From Octopus bimaculoides (taxonomy: Eukaryota): a stretch of DNA of 64,000 bases. The stretch spans positions 113,732,048-113,796,047 of the forward strand of contig NC_068986.1 of the NCBI RefSeq assembly GCF_001194135.2, written 5' to 3'. Below the pieces are notes generated by a model, which was not told the DNA's origin, searched no databases, and saw nothing but the letters and a program-made list of their open reading frames with translations. A program made the position numbers and the translations under genes. This document shows positions 38,650-52,625 of this stretch, in pieces (the stretch's first letter is position 1; the number at the start of each line of letters is the position of its first letter).

Positions 38650-39530
38650 ATATTGATAGGTGTAGTCATAACATACATCCTTGTCTTGCACTTTTGACCA
38701 CTATAGCTACATATCTAAACTTGGTGTATATCCAGATAGTCAAATGGGCAAATGAGTTTCAATAATTCACAGTCGATAGCATTAACGTTAATAATATAAG
38801 ATATGTTGATGGTACAAGGTTCTTGCAGACACCAAAGAGAAATTACAAGAAATTGTTGATGTAGAGAAAGAGCAATGTGACAAGAAATGTCTAAATATTA
38901 ATGTAAAAAGGAGAAAGACTATGGTTATCAGTATGACAGAAGAAAAAAGAGCAAATATAATGGTAAATGGACAGAAGCTTGAGTATTAAAAAAACTGAAG
39001 TAATTAAAACAAATAATAAACCAAAATAATTAACCAAAAATACGACTAAAACAATATTTATAAGAAAGACAAAGCTGTTCACCTCAAAACACATAACCTT
39101 GCATCTAAAAATGAGGCTAGTCAAATGTTCTATTATGTCAGTTCTCATCTTCTGTGAAAGAACTTAGACAATATACACAGCTATGAAAAAATATATAGAA
39201 GTCTTTCATATTTGACCTTTCGTAGATTGAGCAGGGATAAGCAGGAAAGACAAGTAACAAATACTGCAGTTCTGGAAAAGCTGGAAGTCAAAGGACATTT
39301 ATTGTTGAGGATCAGTTCAAAAAAGTATCATATTTTGGACATACAACGCGCTCAAAGTAGTTGTCTAAGGCCATTGTTACAGCCAGTGTGCAAGGGAAGA
39401 CATTTCTGGACGGTTAATATCAAAGAACCGACTAGAAACAGAAGCCTGACAATTTGTATGTATGTGGAACAACAGAAAGAAATCTGAAGTCTTGGCTTGC
39501 CAAATCCACGATATTAGGAAATTACATGCC
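38650..39530 (+). mobile_element. RTE (Bov-B-like) LINE RT and C-terminal remnant
   Basis: NIRYVDGT..LADTKEKLQEIVD, LNINVK..MVIS, VTNTAVLEKL..SYFGHI. Confidence 0.75.
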
Positions 39531-39567
<37 letters not shown>

Positions 39568-41552
39568 TGCGCCCTGTTCTCCTCAGAAAATTCATTCACA
39601 ATACATTGCCGACCAGGGACTACTTTACAAATGAACTACCCAAAGTACCGAGGCACTGGGACTGGATGCATAGACCTCACACATACAACAAACATGAGAA
39701 TTTACGGAATGGCGAAGATGAAGTAATGATGTGTACATATATTGTGGGAAAATATCTTTGGCGTAGATTTTTCACATCATATATAAAAGGGAATTTTCAT
39801 AGTAAAGGCTGATGGGAGAATTTCGAAATGTGATCATCAAATATTATTTCCGAACCAAGCAGGAGAAATCAGGCATATGTTTAGTAAAATGACAGAGTAT
39901 GTTGTCAACTTATGTGACAGTCCCATGAAAGGGAAGAATGCTACTGTTATTTAGTCCTTGGAAACACTGTTTCCTGTTGGAAACAGTGTCCCTATGTTTT
40001 CAAAGCGGAGGCAAACACCTCCACCTAGCAAAGCCAGCATCCAGAAACTAGTTTCAGAGTCATTGCTCATATATTTAGTACTTTGCTATTATTTATTTAA
40101 AGGAATTTGCTTAGGTTAATATATTTCAAATTTATTGTTTAAAGATTAGTGAAATTACAGGAGTGATTTTTCACAAGTTAGCTCTAAGGATTAAAGAAAA
40201 TTTAAGATGTAATTATATTTAATTTAGAAGTCATGAATAATAAAATGAAAATTTAAGTAGATGGAATATGTAGTGAAGCACTGAAATATGAGCGAGATGC
40301 TCTACGTACGACCCTCTTCTGCTGTGTAAATTTTCTAGAATCAAATAACGAGGTAAAATCATTTGAAATCTTTACACGGAAATTAAACGCAGATTGTTTA
40401 ATGCTTAATTATGTTAATTTACAAATGTAAATTTTAGTACTACGCTATAGTTTGTTAAGTCGTCTTTTTTAGACTCAATAATTATAATTTAAGATGGATG
40501 ACTAGAAGCAATATCACTTTTCTATCTGTTATTAATATAAATATATTATTATGTAAATTTTATTAGAAATGTATCTGTGTATATTCAACTTAAATACAAG
40601 TTATAATTTTAAGAGCGTTTATGTAATACGTTCCCAGGCTATTATTATTATTATTATTTTTATTATTATTATTATTATTATTTTTATTTAAGTATACAAT
40701 GTGATACGCAGGAACCGTAAACCTGCAGAATAATAAATTTTTACATCGGATTTGAATTTGCAGTCGGAAAATGCATAAAGGAATGACTATAAAAAGGGGC
40801 ATAAAGGAACAAGGTTACAATAAAATTAATTCGATGCGTGGATAAAATACATCATATTCAGTGCGATAAATCAGATATTGTAAGATAAAAATAGTCATCA
40901 ATATTTTGCAATTAATGACTTAAAAAGCTCTATATTTCTATAAGGTTATAAGATAGTATTAATTTTGGTGAAATGACTAATAATATTAATGTGTTTATAT
41001 TAGGTTAATTGATGTAATAGGCAGGAAGAAAATTATGTTGTAAATCAGAATTTATGTTTTGGATGTTAATGTAGAAATGTAATGTGAGTGCTGGCATATA
41101 TATCAAATTGTCGTTACATAAAATATTATCAGAGAAGCTGATTTAATTCTGGAAACTTATTTGGTGTTTTTAAATGTCGACTCTAATTATGAGTGGATGG
41201 TTTAAACATATGAATATCTGAAAGGGAAGATAATGCTCTATAGGAATACTGAGATGAAAATATAAATGATGAGGCTGTCTGTGGATGAGTGAGAACAAGA
41301 AGAAGCTGAAAATGGATTTCGGATGTGGAGGGAAGTTTAGCTTCAAGAATTTCTGGTGTAATCAGCTATGTTAACGTTCTTAATTTCTATGTAGAACTGG
41401 AAGAAGTCTTTAGGGTAGAGATTACACCTTAGATGAGTAGGTGAGAATCGGTTGAAATGAATATGGTTGTATATAAGAATTAGTCGTTATGGTAACATGA
41501 TATCAAAAACCTGATTAGGACGCTACTATTAATGAGTAAAGCATTTGGATAT

Positions 41553-41894
41553 TCTTTTAGTTTTTTCAGTCATTTGGCTGCGGCCATGCTGGAGCACCAG
41601 CTTTAGTCAAACAAATCGGACTTATTCTTTGTAAGAACAGCTAGGCGAGGAGGGCGTAAACACACCAACATCGGTTGTCAAGCAATGGTGGGGGATAAAC
41701 ACAGACACAAATAACAAACACACACATACATATATATATACGACGGTCTTCTTTCAGTTTCCGTCTACCAAATCTACTCACAAGGCTTTGGTCGGCCCGA
41801 AGACATAGTAGAAGACATTTTCCCAAGGTGCCACGCATTGGGACTGAAACTGGAACCATGTGTTTGGTAAGCAAGCTACTTAACACACAGGCAC
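41553..41894 (-). mobile_element. tRNA-derived CORE-like SINE (type B)
   Basis: B-box GGTTCCAGTTTCAGTCCC, GCACCTTGGGAAAATGTCTTCTACTATG central block, GGTGCTCCAGCATGGCCGCAG tail. Confidence 0.9.
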
Positions 41895-42148
41895 TACTGA
41901 AGTAGCATATTTTATACAGAGGGATAAATTGATTATAAGCAGGATCTCAAGTAAAGTAAAATACAATAAATTTTAGAGGAATGAATTTTTGAAGAATTTA
42001 AGGTCTTAAAATAGCACCAAATAATAGAAGTAAATCTAGAAGATAAGTAATTTGGAATTACTTAAGAAAACGCTTAAGATACAAAAATATATACATCGTA
42101 ATTCATATAGATTCATCTCTAAGCATTTATGCACATCCTTATTTGTTT

Positions 42149-42457
42149 GTGAAACTCCGTGCAAGTGGCTGAGCACTCCACAGACACGTGTACCCTTATC
42201 GTAGCTCTCGGGGAGGTTTAGCGCGACACAGTGTGACAAGGCTGGGCCTTTGAAATACAGGTACAACAGAAACAGGAAGTAACAGTGAGAGAAAGTTGTG
42301 GTGAAAGAGTACAGCAGACTTCGCTACCACCCCCTGCCGGAGCCTCGAGGAGCTTTAGGTGTTTTCGCTCAATAAAGATTTACAACGGTCTGGGAATCGA
42401 AACAGCGATCCTACGACCACGAGTCCGCTGCCCTAACTCCTGGAGCATTGCGCCTCC
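42149..42457 (-). mobile_element. tRNA-derived SINE (type C)
   Basis: GGAGGCGCAATG..GTTAGGGCAGCGGACTCG..TTTCGATTCCC tRNA-like head; 3' half shared with 47463-47779. Confidence 0.9.
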
Positions 42458-43110
42458 ACACATGCTTATATATGTACTCGTATGTGTCTGTGTATGTGAG
42501 GACTTGTGTGTGTTTGTTTGTGCGAGTGTGTGTGTGCGTAAAGCAATCATGGTTCCTTACAGGGCCTTTAAACGTTTCATACTGACCCCCTCATTCAAGC
42601 GCCTTTACTTCAAACGTTCTGTGACATAATGGACGAATATTCGGAAGAAAAACATGAAACGATTTCACATTCGTTTGGGCGGCGGCAGATTTACTGTCTC
42701 AGGTGTTAATCCCGGAGAACTGAGCAACAGCTTTTGTTAAAAGTTGAAGAACCGTTATGTTGCGTAGAATTAGGATGGTTCAAAGCATCAAAAAGAGAGA
42801 GGTACATTATAGTATTGTGGGGTGGGGGCAAGGTATTTTTCATAGAGCGATAAGCGAAAGAGGAATGATGAATGCGGGAAGAAATTGTTGATGAAAAAGG
42901 AAGAGAACCATTGTGAAAACATTTTAAGTGTGTGCAGATTTGTGTAATATCAGTCCAGACAATAAAAGCTTCTCATTTGTAAAAACTGTGATTTCCAAAT
43001 ATTTGCATTTCGCGAATAAGAGGGTGGTATTGATATTCCATTGCTGGTGGGGGAGACGGTGATAATGGAGGGGGAGATGGTGCTGGCTGCGGTGGTCAAT
43101 GAATGATTCT

Positions 43111-43145
<35 letters not shown>

Positions 43146-43350
43146 GGAATGAGGTGACAGGACAGGGCCACAAAAGTTTGAGCAACAGACTGCAGAAATA
43201 TTCCAAGACAAAAGGGACACAAGAAAAATACACATAGTACTTGGTAGACATAGACATTAATATACAGATACGCATACAATCACACGTCTATGCATATATA
43301 CACGTGCACATACACATCTCTATATATATTATATTGTGTTATATCACATT

Positions 43351-43394
<44 letters not shown>

Positions 43395-43415
43395 NNNNNN
43401 NNNNNNNNNNNNNNN

Positions 43416-43456
<41 letters not shown>

Positions 43457-43601
43457 GTTTATCTCTCTCCCTATATATATATGTATATGTGTATATATAT
43501 GTGAGTATATATATATATGTGTATATATGTGTATGTATATATGTATATGTGTATATATATATATGCATATGTGTATATGTATATATATATATATATATAT
43601 A

Positions 43602-43640
<39 letters not shown>

Positions 43641-44077
43641 NNNNNNNNNNNNNNNNNNNNNNNNNNNNNNNNNATACAGACAAGCTATACCTGATTGATT
43701 GCTGCCCAGCTTTAGAATGAAGACATAAAGCAAACTATATTTAGAAAACGTGTCAAGACATCACAGTAGTCTTAAATACTTAAGTCTATAATCACCACAA
43801 TCATAACAGACAGACATCAACATAATAATAATAATAATAATAATAGTAATAATAACCGACTATCATCATCGGTATAGTCATTGGCTCTCGCACAACAGCC
43901 AGCATCATCATCATCATCACAGTCGACACTAATATAATGATAATCAACAGTATGTCGTTTATTCAGTTATCATCATCAGCAGCAGCAGCAGAAGCGGCAG
44001 CATTATCGTCATCGTCATCATTACTTTCATGACAAGAACAACGTTCTTCTCTTGCACCTACCTCCTCCTTCACTTAT

Positions 44078-44305
44078 ACCATCATCATTATCGTCACCGT
44101 CGTCGTCGTTGTCATCATCGTCGTCATCGTCATCATCATCATCATCATCATTATCATCATCATCATTACCATCCTCATCAGCATCATCACTATCATCATC
44201 ATTATCAACATCATCATGATCACCATCGTCGTCATCACCATCATCATCACCATCATGATCATCATCAGCATCCTCTTCAATATCATCATCATCTTCATCA
44301 TCAAT
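44078..44305. repeat. (CAT/CGT/CAC)n compound trinucleotide repeat
   Basis: Direct reading; explains the poly-His and poly-Met ORFs. Confidence 0.95.
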
Positions 44306-44844
44306 AGCTAACGTTGCCTGGGAAATAAAGCACTCAGTTATTGGCCAATTTGTTGAAATCTAGCCAGAGTAATTCTGGATAAATTGATTCTTTCAAACCC
44401 ACCGTTTATATTATTTGTAACAGAGATACAAGGTCGAAGTTATTATCCCTGGCAAAAACATATCCAAACAGCTCCCCCACCTTAGGACTTCATAATAAAC
44501 AACGTTATTACTTTCTTCTCCTACCTTGAGCATTCTGGTTCCTCTTTTATCTTTTCCTATTATTTTGAATCTACGTCGGTGCGTAAGCCTGGTATTAATT
44601 TAGGTGACACTGGAATAACATTTGAAAGGAACAGCATAATTACTTAGTTACACATCACAGCGTTAAGAAATATTTCAATGATACGATCATACAAATAAAC
44701 ACCATCGCAAATATATATATACATATATGTATATATATATATATNNNNNNNNNNNNNNNNNNNNNNNNNNNNNNNNNNNNNNNNNNNNNNNNNNNNNNNN
44801 NNNNNNNNNNNNNNNNNNNNNNNNNNNNNNNNNNNNNNNNNNNN

Positions 44845-44983
44845 ATCGACTCCAGTGCGTAACTGGTACTTATTTAATCGACCCCGAAAAGATGGAAGGC
44901 AGAATTTGAACTCAGAATGTGACGGCAGACGAAATCGCGCTAAGTATTTTGCCCGACGTGCTAACGATTCTGCCAGCTCACCT
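44845..44983 (-). mobile_element. Type A SINE (3' part lost in a gap)
   Basis: A/B boxes and central domain. Confidence 0.88.
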
Positions 44984-45716
44984 CTCCCGCCGAGATATTG
45001 TTTCCGTGCGGGATTACACTGAATTTGAGAAACTTGAGAAACAAAATATGCTTTGTGTGGAATGAGTGTTTCATCATATTTAGCTTCGTGGTCAACAGCA
45101 GCAAAATTAAACTGAGGAATGAATTACTGCTTTGAGCAGGATGTTCCCTTAGAGGAAATAACTTTTGGCCTCAAATTGAAAGGAAGGGTGGACTGGTGCC
45201 GGAATTACACAAGCAATGAGTTATAGACGTATATTTAACTACACGACCAATGAATTCATGTACATAGAAAGTTTGTAATTCAAATGATCTATAGAGACAG
45301 TGATCCAAAGAAATTATATGAAATCCTTCAGATATATATACATCAAAGAAGATTTTGTAGCTTTTCCGATCATAATTTTTGACTGAGTAGAATATAATCA
45401 AAAACGTTATTGAAATGAATGTATCAACAGAAATATCTCTGGCGGCAGAACCGGGCAACTGTCGAAGGAAAGGAGAGATAATTGGAAAAGGAATGAATCG
45501 AATGGTTTAGATATGATCTGTACCACATATGACATTCATATATCTGAACAAATGGTATGGAAACATTCCTTATGAGATGCTTTATATTAATATCATTTTC
45601 TGAACGTCCGTTTTATATTTTCTAATTAAAAAAAACTGCAACGCGGGTTCAAAGAAAAACATACATTCATACACACATTCGCACAGGCATACATACTCAC
45701 ACACAGATCTCTGTAT

Positions 45717-45763
<47 letters not shown>

Positions 45764-47462
45764 ACGTATATCTATGCACACACACAACAATAAGCCATGG
45801 AGATAAATAATGACAAAATAATAAAATATGAGAATATTAGTTCAAGCGAACAAAAAATGTTATATGAAAATAACAAAAAATAAGAGTCAAAAATATTGAA
45901 GCAAAACAACATGAGCAATAAAAATAAGAAGAATAGCAATAAACATCATAAGAGAAAAGCTAACAGCAACAACAAGTAAAACAAACTGATTAAATACATT
46001 TAAAACGAAATACATCAAAACATGTTTGGTATCAGAAAGACATTTATTTGCCATATAATTGTTCATTACAATTTCTCATCGTTTTATATTTGTTTTATAT
46101 TAATCTTTCCCGATTTTTTTTTTTTTTTGTGATTTGCTTTGGTTTCCGGTTGTGTTCTTATTGTTGTTGTAGTTGCTGATGATATTGTTGTTTCTTTTTC
46201 TGGTATTTTTATTTTTATTCTTCTGTTATTGTCGTTGTTGTTGATGTTATTGTGATGTGATTCTTGTGGAACGGAACGATTAAAACTCAAAATGGCAGTG
46301 CATTTGCGGTCTTCACTGGATTGGTCACGTGATCTTATACCGGACATTTTCTGTTATAGACCACCTGATAAGTTTGTAGGTTTTTTTTCGTTTTTTTCGT
46401 ATTTGTGCTTTATTCTTGTCGTTTTGTTTACGGAACGGCCATGTTCCATCTTGCATTTTGAGCATTGATTTTGTTCTTTCGTTTTTGTATTTCCACTCAG
46501 TTTTCATTTTTAAGCGGTACGTCTGTGTTTACATCCATATGTCTGCCTACGTGCGTGTGCTTGTATGTGTGTGTGTGTGTGTGTATGAGTTTGTTTCTGT
46601 GTGTCTGTGTGTATGGCTTTGTTTGCGTGTGTGTGTGTGCGGTTTTATTTAAGAGAACATTTTCTGTCGAGGTGGAGACGTGTTGTCACTTGTGTGACTT
46701 TTATTTGATCCGTTAACAAAATAAGATGAATGAAGAGATTGTGAAGGCGAATGAAACAGCGAGAGGGACAGAAAGAAGTGGATTGTGAAAGTCGGTCAAG
46801 AAAAAAAAGAAAAAGATACAGAGATTGACGGACAGATAGACAGGTAGACAGACCGACAGAGAAAATAAGAAAAGAGAGAATGGGAGAGAGATATATGTGC
46901 AGAATGCAGAAAAGTGATTGAAAAATGAATATGTCTGCAGAAAAAATAACAGTTAACACAAAAGGAAAGCGAAAGAGAGAAACGGGTAGACAGTGAAAGG
47001 GAGGCGGTGAAAGGAAGGTACAAAGCAGAAAGAAGCGTAGAGATACTGAAAGAAAAACAGACCTAATATAATTGGAAAGGCATACAGAGTCCATACTGTA
47101 GTCATGCTGGAGCAACGCTTTCAAGGATTTAATCGATCCATACAAATACGAAGTCTTCTTATAACGAATTCGTGGATGGTAGAGAGACAGAGACGGAGAG
47201 AGAGAAAGACAGACAGACAGACAGAAAAATACCGGAAAGTTTAAAGTAAACTGAAGGCAGGATAATATATTATTTGTTGATGACAACAAATCAGATAGGA
47301 GAGGAAAAAGTATATAAAAATCTGACAGAATAAATCAATGATAATTTCATATAATTTTTATTTCTAAAGTCATCACTGATAGGGATATTGCATAAAGAAA
47401 TATCCAGGACAACGGCTACAGAGACAACAACGAAGACGATGATGGTGGCACGACAATTAACA

Positions 47463-47779
47463 GGAGCATTCCGTCGGTTGTGACGACGAGCATCCCAGCC
47501 GATACAATCAACGGAAAAGCTTGCTCCTGAAATTAACATGCCAGTGGCTGAGAACTCCACAGACATGTGTACCCTTAACGTAGTTTTCAGGGAGATTCAG
47601 CGTGACACAGTGTGACAAGCCTGGCCCTTTGAAATATAGGTACTACTCACTACTCAATTTTGCCAGCTGAGTGGACTGGAGCAACGTGAAATAAAGTGTC
47701 TTGCTCAAGGACACATCGCATCGCTGGGATTTGAACTCACGACCTTACGACCGTGAGCCGAATACTCTAAGCACATGCC
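47463..47779 (-). mobile_element. tRNA-derived SINE with V-domain-like block (type D)
   Basis: GTGAGTTCAAATCCC B-box; GTGTCCTTGAGCAAGACACTT block; 3' half shared with type C. Confidence 0.9.
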
Positions 47780-48002
47780 TTCTGCCTTCACTGCAACAAT
47801 TACTAAAAACATCAAAATCACAATTGCTGTTTTTGTTTTTACGTGTAATAATATATTCCAAAGTTCTTTAAAGCCCAGCCCTTCCCAAAGTGAGCAATAT
47901 CGCCCTTGTGATAAGTGGAAAATTTTATGTGGGTTTTGGAAATATGAAACCAACAGAAGATGAGAGACGTAACGGTTTTATTTTTTAGAATTTAACATAT
48001 AA

Positions 48003-48182
48003 TATTGATTTCAAATCTTCGCACACGGCCATAGAGTTGGGGGAAGGGGAAAATCGATTAAATCGACACCAGCGCCCAAAGGGTGCTTATTTTATCTATC
48101 CTGATGACACGGAAAGCAATGTCGAGCTCGGCATTGGACTCAGAACGTGAAGCTGCTAAGCAATTTTCCCTGCTTGGCTACG
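48003..48182 (-). mobile_element. Degraded type A SINE
   Basis: ATCGATTAAATCGAC..GGACTCAGAACG..GCTAAGCA. Confidence 0.65.
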
Positions 48183-48399
48183 TTTCTTACTTCTTTACTA
48201 CCCACAAGGGGCTACACACAGTGGGGACAAACGGATTAAGTCGATCATATCGACTCCAGTGCGTAACTGGTACTGATTTAATCGACCCCGAAAGGATGAA
48301 AGGCAAAGTCAACCTCGGCGGAATTTCAACACAGAACGGTAGACGAAATATCGCTAAGCAATTCGCCCGGCGCGCTAACGACTCTGCCACTTCGCTGCC
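48183..48399 (-). mobile_element. Type A SINE (TTTGTCCCC tail variant)
   Basis: Full length; same tail as 9701-9930. Confidence 0.93.
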
Positions 48400-48434
48400 C
48401 TAATTTTACATGTAATATTATGTTACACTGTAAA

Positions 48435-48652
48435 GCAGCGAACTGGGTGAGTCGTTAACATGCCAAGCAAAATGTTTAGGGACTTTTCGTCCGTCTATAT
48501 GTTCTGAGTCCAAATTCACCCGAGGCCCACTTTGCCCTTCATCCTTTCGGAGTCAATAAAATAAGTACCAGATGAACGCTGGTGTTGATGTAATAAACTT
48601 ACAGCCCTACACTCAGATATGGTGGCCTTGTGCCAAAATGTGAAATCAGTAT
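48435..48652 (+). mobile_element. Type A SINE, head-to-head with 48183-48399
   Basis: GCAGCGAACTGG..GTTCTGAGTCCAAATTC..ATAAGTACCAG. Confidence 0.88.
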
Positions 48653-50257
48653 TATGTTAAACTGCATTATATTTGCCGTCATCGTAATAACATGAACAAC
48701 GGCAACATCAAAAATGCTAATAGATTTTAAAATGTGAATATAAATAAATAAATATAAATAAACGGAGCCGAATACGTACCGCATAAGAGTAATTTAAATG
48801 TCATTGACAAAATGTGTATTACAATAGATGTAATAAATAACACTCCCCACGTTTCTGTTTGGTAACGTCCTGTTATGTATGAGCATACATACGCATATGT
48901 ACATGCTTAAATAGTCTTGATTCTAGTTATGAATATCATTTGTTTGTCTTATAATCTTCTCACGTGTATAAACTGGCATGTGTAAACTCTCTCATGGACA
49001 GAGAAATCAATATTCGTGAACATACTGAAAATATAACATGATTTCGGAATATATAGAGATAAAATTCATCTGGTGGCTACGGAGCAAATATATGAAGCAC
49101 AGTGACTATGTATCTGAATTCAGCCGAAGCAGCGTATAAAAGTCTGGATTAAGTTGCCACCCACATCACACAAACATCCTGATCTGGTTGGATATTACTT
49201 CAATGTATATTATAATTGATCAGACAATTAACTGCAACAAGTGGGCGTTTTTATGATGTCCTAGGAAGAGAAAGAAGATAGCTACAGCAAATTTCAAAAG
49301 CAGAGTTATTATTGTCCGTTTATCAAGTTTTTGACACCACACCTTCAAATTCTCAACGGATGTCGATGGTGTATAATCATTCTTTAAATTTGTTTTCAAT
49401 TAAACCAATTCAACAGTGAGAAGGCTTTTAAGAGATGTAAATAGCTTTATAAATGCTCTTTGGAAAGGCACGAGTTATTTATTAAACAATTTACAGGGTT
49501 AAGACAGCTAGAGTGTAGTTTGAGATTTCTCCTATAGATGTTTACTATTTCTGCTGTTGCAAAGTAATGAGTAAACGGTGGTTCAACTAAAAATATAGAA
49601 AATGCGTGATAATTATGATTTTTTGGAATGTTTATCGAATAAATGATTGAATTGCTTAGCGATAGTCTGCTAACATAGAAACCGAATGGGGCATTGAACT
49701 TAAGTAATTCCAGCTGAAAATAACTCATTCGCAGACGTGTACATATGTATATGTGTGGGTATATCTATATTTATTGAGATAATCGAAATACAATCTAGTA
49801 ATAACATTTGTACAGAGATTATTAGCAGATACATCAATAAATGTTAAATAATAAAAGAATTCACAGTTAGTGAATAGTTTATATACTGAAAGGAAAGCAA
49901 TTATACTCTCTAAACTAGAGATAATGTTACACTTATCTACACAAATGCCTACAAATAATACTGTCATTCATCAAATACTGAAGTGGTTGAGGTGAATACA
50001 TTTATTTGCGTTGTTAGGGAAAAACAACGGAAGGAAAGAAAATAGATACGGATGTGTCACCCGGTAGAAACATACGGGAAAAGCTGGAAATTCTGGGACC
50101 TGGCTTTTACTTTGCTTCTTATAAATAATTTTACTGCTTATGGTCACAACTCTCAAAGTTCATGATGGGAAGAAGGTGATAACGCGAAATAATGGATAGC
50201 AACTGCGTAAAATCTCAATTATTCGTTCGCGTTATTCCTACGTCAAGTTAAAAGCAC

Positions 50258-50400
50258 GGGTTTGTCAGAAACGTTAGAGAGTCGCATAAAGTAAGAAACG
50301 GTATTTGTCTAGACTTGTGTATCTTGCATTCAAATACCATCAAAATGAACTCTCACCGTTTCGCAGTCGATGGGTCAAAAAGTACCAGTGGAGTATTAAA
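50258..50400 (+). mobile_element. Degraded type A SINE
   Basis: GTCAGAAACGTTAG..GCATTCAAAT..AAAAGTACCAG. Confidence 0.5.
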
Positions 50401-50949
50401 GTCAACAACAACAGAATCAGATTCACTTCATGTTTATCTATCTCTCAATCTAATCTATATTTACCAAACATACAGACCACACATACATGCATCCGCACAT
50501 ATGTATATATACACACATACTTGTAATGATTTGACACACTGTCACATTACTTCAAGCTTGATAGAGTTAAAACACAAGTATCTTTGAAATATTCAGAAAC
50601 TGGTTTCCCAACGACGAAAAGGCTTATATTCATAGACTTTTCAATTAGAGCCCAGTAAACGCATCAAGAGAAGAATCTTCAAACCATTGTCGGACAGAAT
50701 GGCTTTCGAAAGGGTCAAACGCACTCTGACGAAGCCCTAGTAATTTTCTTTGCTGATAATTTGGAGTATGTAAAACTTTTCTCATTCTACGTCTGTTCTA
50801 CAAGACAACTAGAAAGAAAAGGGTTATCTGGCTTAATTATCTATTCTGGTCAGAGATTTCCAATAACATAGATACCTTAAAATCTCTAATTTTCGTAACG
50901 TCAAGGTTAGCTAATCATGCTTAAATAATTTCGCTGCCAACGGAGGATG

Positions 50950-51660
50950 ATGAAAACAAAAGTAAATCCAAACACAGTTTTCCATTCTCACTCCATCCTG
51001 CCAAAAGAAGACCATACTAATACCATAATACCATGCGATGGTGTCACTAGACTCTAGTGGGTTACACTACACTACACAGCAAAGGAGTTTCAGTGAAGTT
51101 ACGAGCAACAATTGCACCCATTCAGATGAAAAGAGAGGGTAAATATTACATTCGCGTCTCGCTTGAGCACGAGAAATGGAACCATCAGCATGACTTTTCC
51201 AATATTACACTGTGCATTGTTAACAGGGCCCAACTATACGCCCCAATGTCTCGTAATTGCTTTCTCTGCATTCCGCGAGAGATTGTACATTCCCACACCA
51301 GCCTGTAGCAGCCATCAATTAGAAAACTAACCTAATTATTGTTGCCATCAGTGGTACACATGATTACTAAATTTAGAGGTAATTACAGCCTACTTTTAGT
51401 ATGAAACTGCTCACGCAAACTCCTATGAAACCTTAGGCCATCCAATTCATTAGCTTCCCATTTGGTATCATCTTGTCTATCCTACCAAACATTGCATCTC
51501 ATGTAAAAAGCTGATGTCGCTGATGTACCATACCTGCAGCCTGCTGACGGCAGTGACACCAATATTTTGTTCCACCATGTTGACAGGCCAAGAAAATGGC
51601 TGATGGTGCTATGACAGCAAAAGAAATATCTTCCTCAACAGAGCAATTGGGCCCTAAATA
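50950..51660 (-). mobile_element. Old RTE-like RT C-terminal remnant
   Basis: YLGPNCSVEEDI, WNKIL..SRLQV and later LRRI.GP-like motifs, all frameshifted. Confidence 0.4.
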
Positions 51661-52314
51661 CTTTCAACTAGGGATCATTTTAAATAACTCCTTCTCTTCA
51701 CTTTCTTCGAATAACGAATAGCTGAGACGTGATCCACGTCCAAAAGAATCAAATTCATGTGTGATGGAGTGAAATTCTCATGGAATATAAAGATTATACC
51801 ACGAAGGAAAGGCATTCTGCAGTGCCACCTTATTTTCTCTGTCCCCTTGCTCGTATGTATATCTGTGTACGTGTGTGTGTGTGTACGTGTGTGTGTGTAC
51901 ATACTTTTAAACACAAATGATAACCATCCCCAAGTCTAACAATATCTGTTTCAACAGACGATTTCACATGAATCTTCGAAAACAAATCAATAAACACATA
52001 TATACATATATCAATCTGTCTATCTATTTATATCTATCAATACACACACACACACACACACACACACGTATGCTTAAGTGTATGTGCGTGTGTGTTTGAC
52101 AGTAATGTACTTGAGAGGAATAATGTTTGTTTAAATGAAAAATGCATGTCTATATTTTTAATGAGATGTCGGTGTAAATATTAGCGAATGTCACTGCTTG
52201 ATTTAATGTCGTGCAACGTTTTGTTAATAAGTGTGAATAAATATTTATGTGAATCTGTTGATAACTGTGCATCTCTGAGCGAATAACATCGCCATTAAAG
52301 ATGATCACAAAATT

Positions 52315-52552
52315 CTTCATCATCATCGACATCATCATCACGATCATCATAATTAAGTCCTCCTCATCATCATCATTATCACCGTCGTCATTACCGATGT
52401 CATTACCACCCTCCTCATTATCATTCTTAAGCTCATCATCATCATTACCGTCATCATCATCATTATCATCATCATCATTATCATCATCATCATTAACATC
52501 ATCATCATTGCCACCATCATCATCATCATCACCATCATCATTATTGTGTCGA
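52315..52552. repeat. (CAT)n compound repeat
   Basis: Direct reading; explains the poly-Ser and poly-Met ORFs. Confidence 0.95.
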
Positions 52553-52625
52553 ACAGTTTCGTACTCGTCTTCAGCATTAACATCAGCAACATGACCGCAG
52601 ATAGCGTAATCATGAATGTTTCTTA

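Noticed and set aside
50700-50745. CTGACGAAGCCC half-HHR preceded by GGGTCAAAC
   Set aside because: The second strand of stem II and GAAA are missing downstream, and there is too little room for a type II permutation
52545-52575. Minus-strand CTGAAGA-CGAGTAC-GAAAC
   Set aside because: No stem I and no proper stem II or III; likely chance
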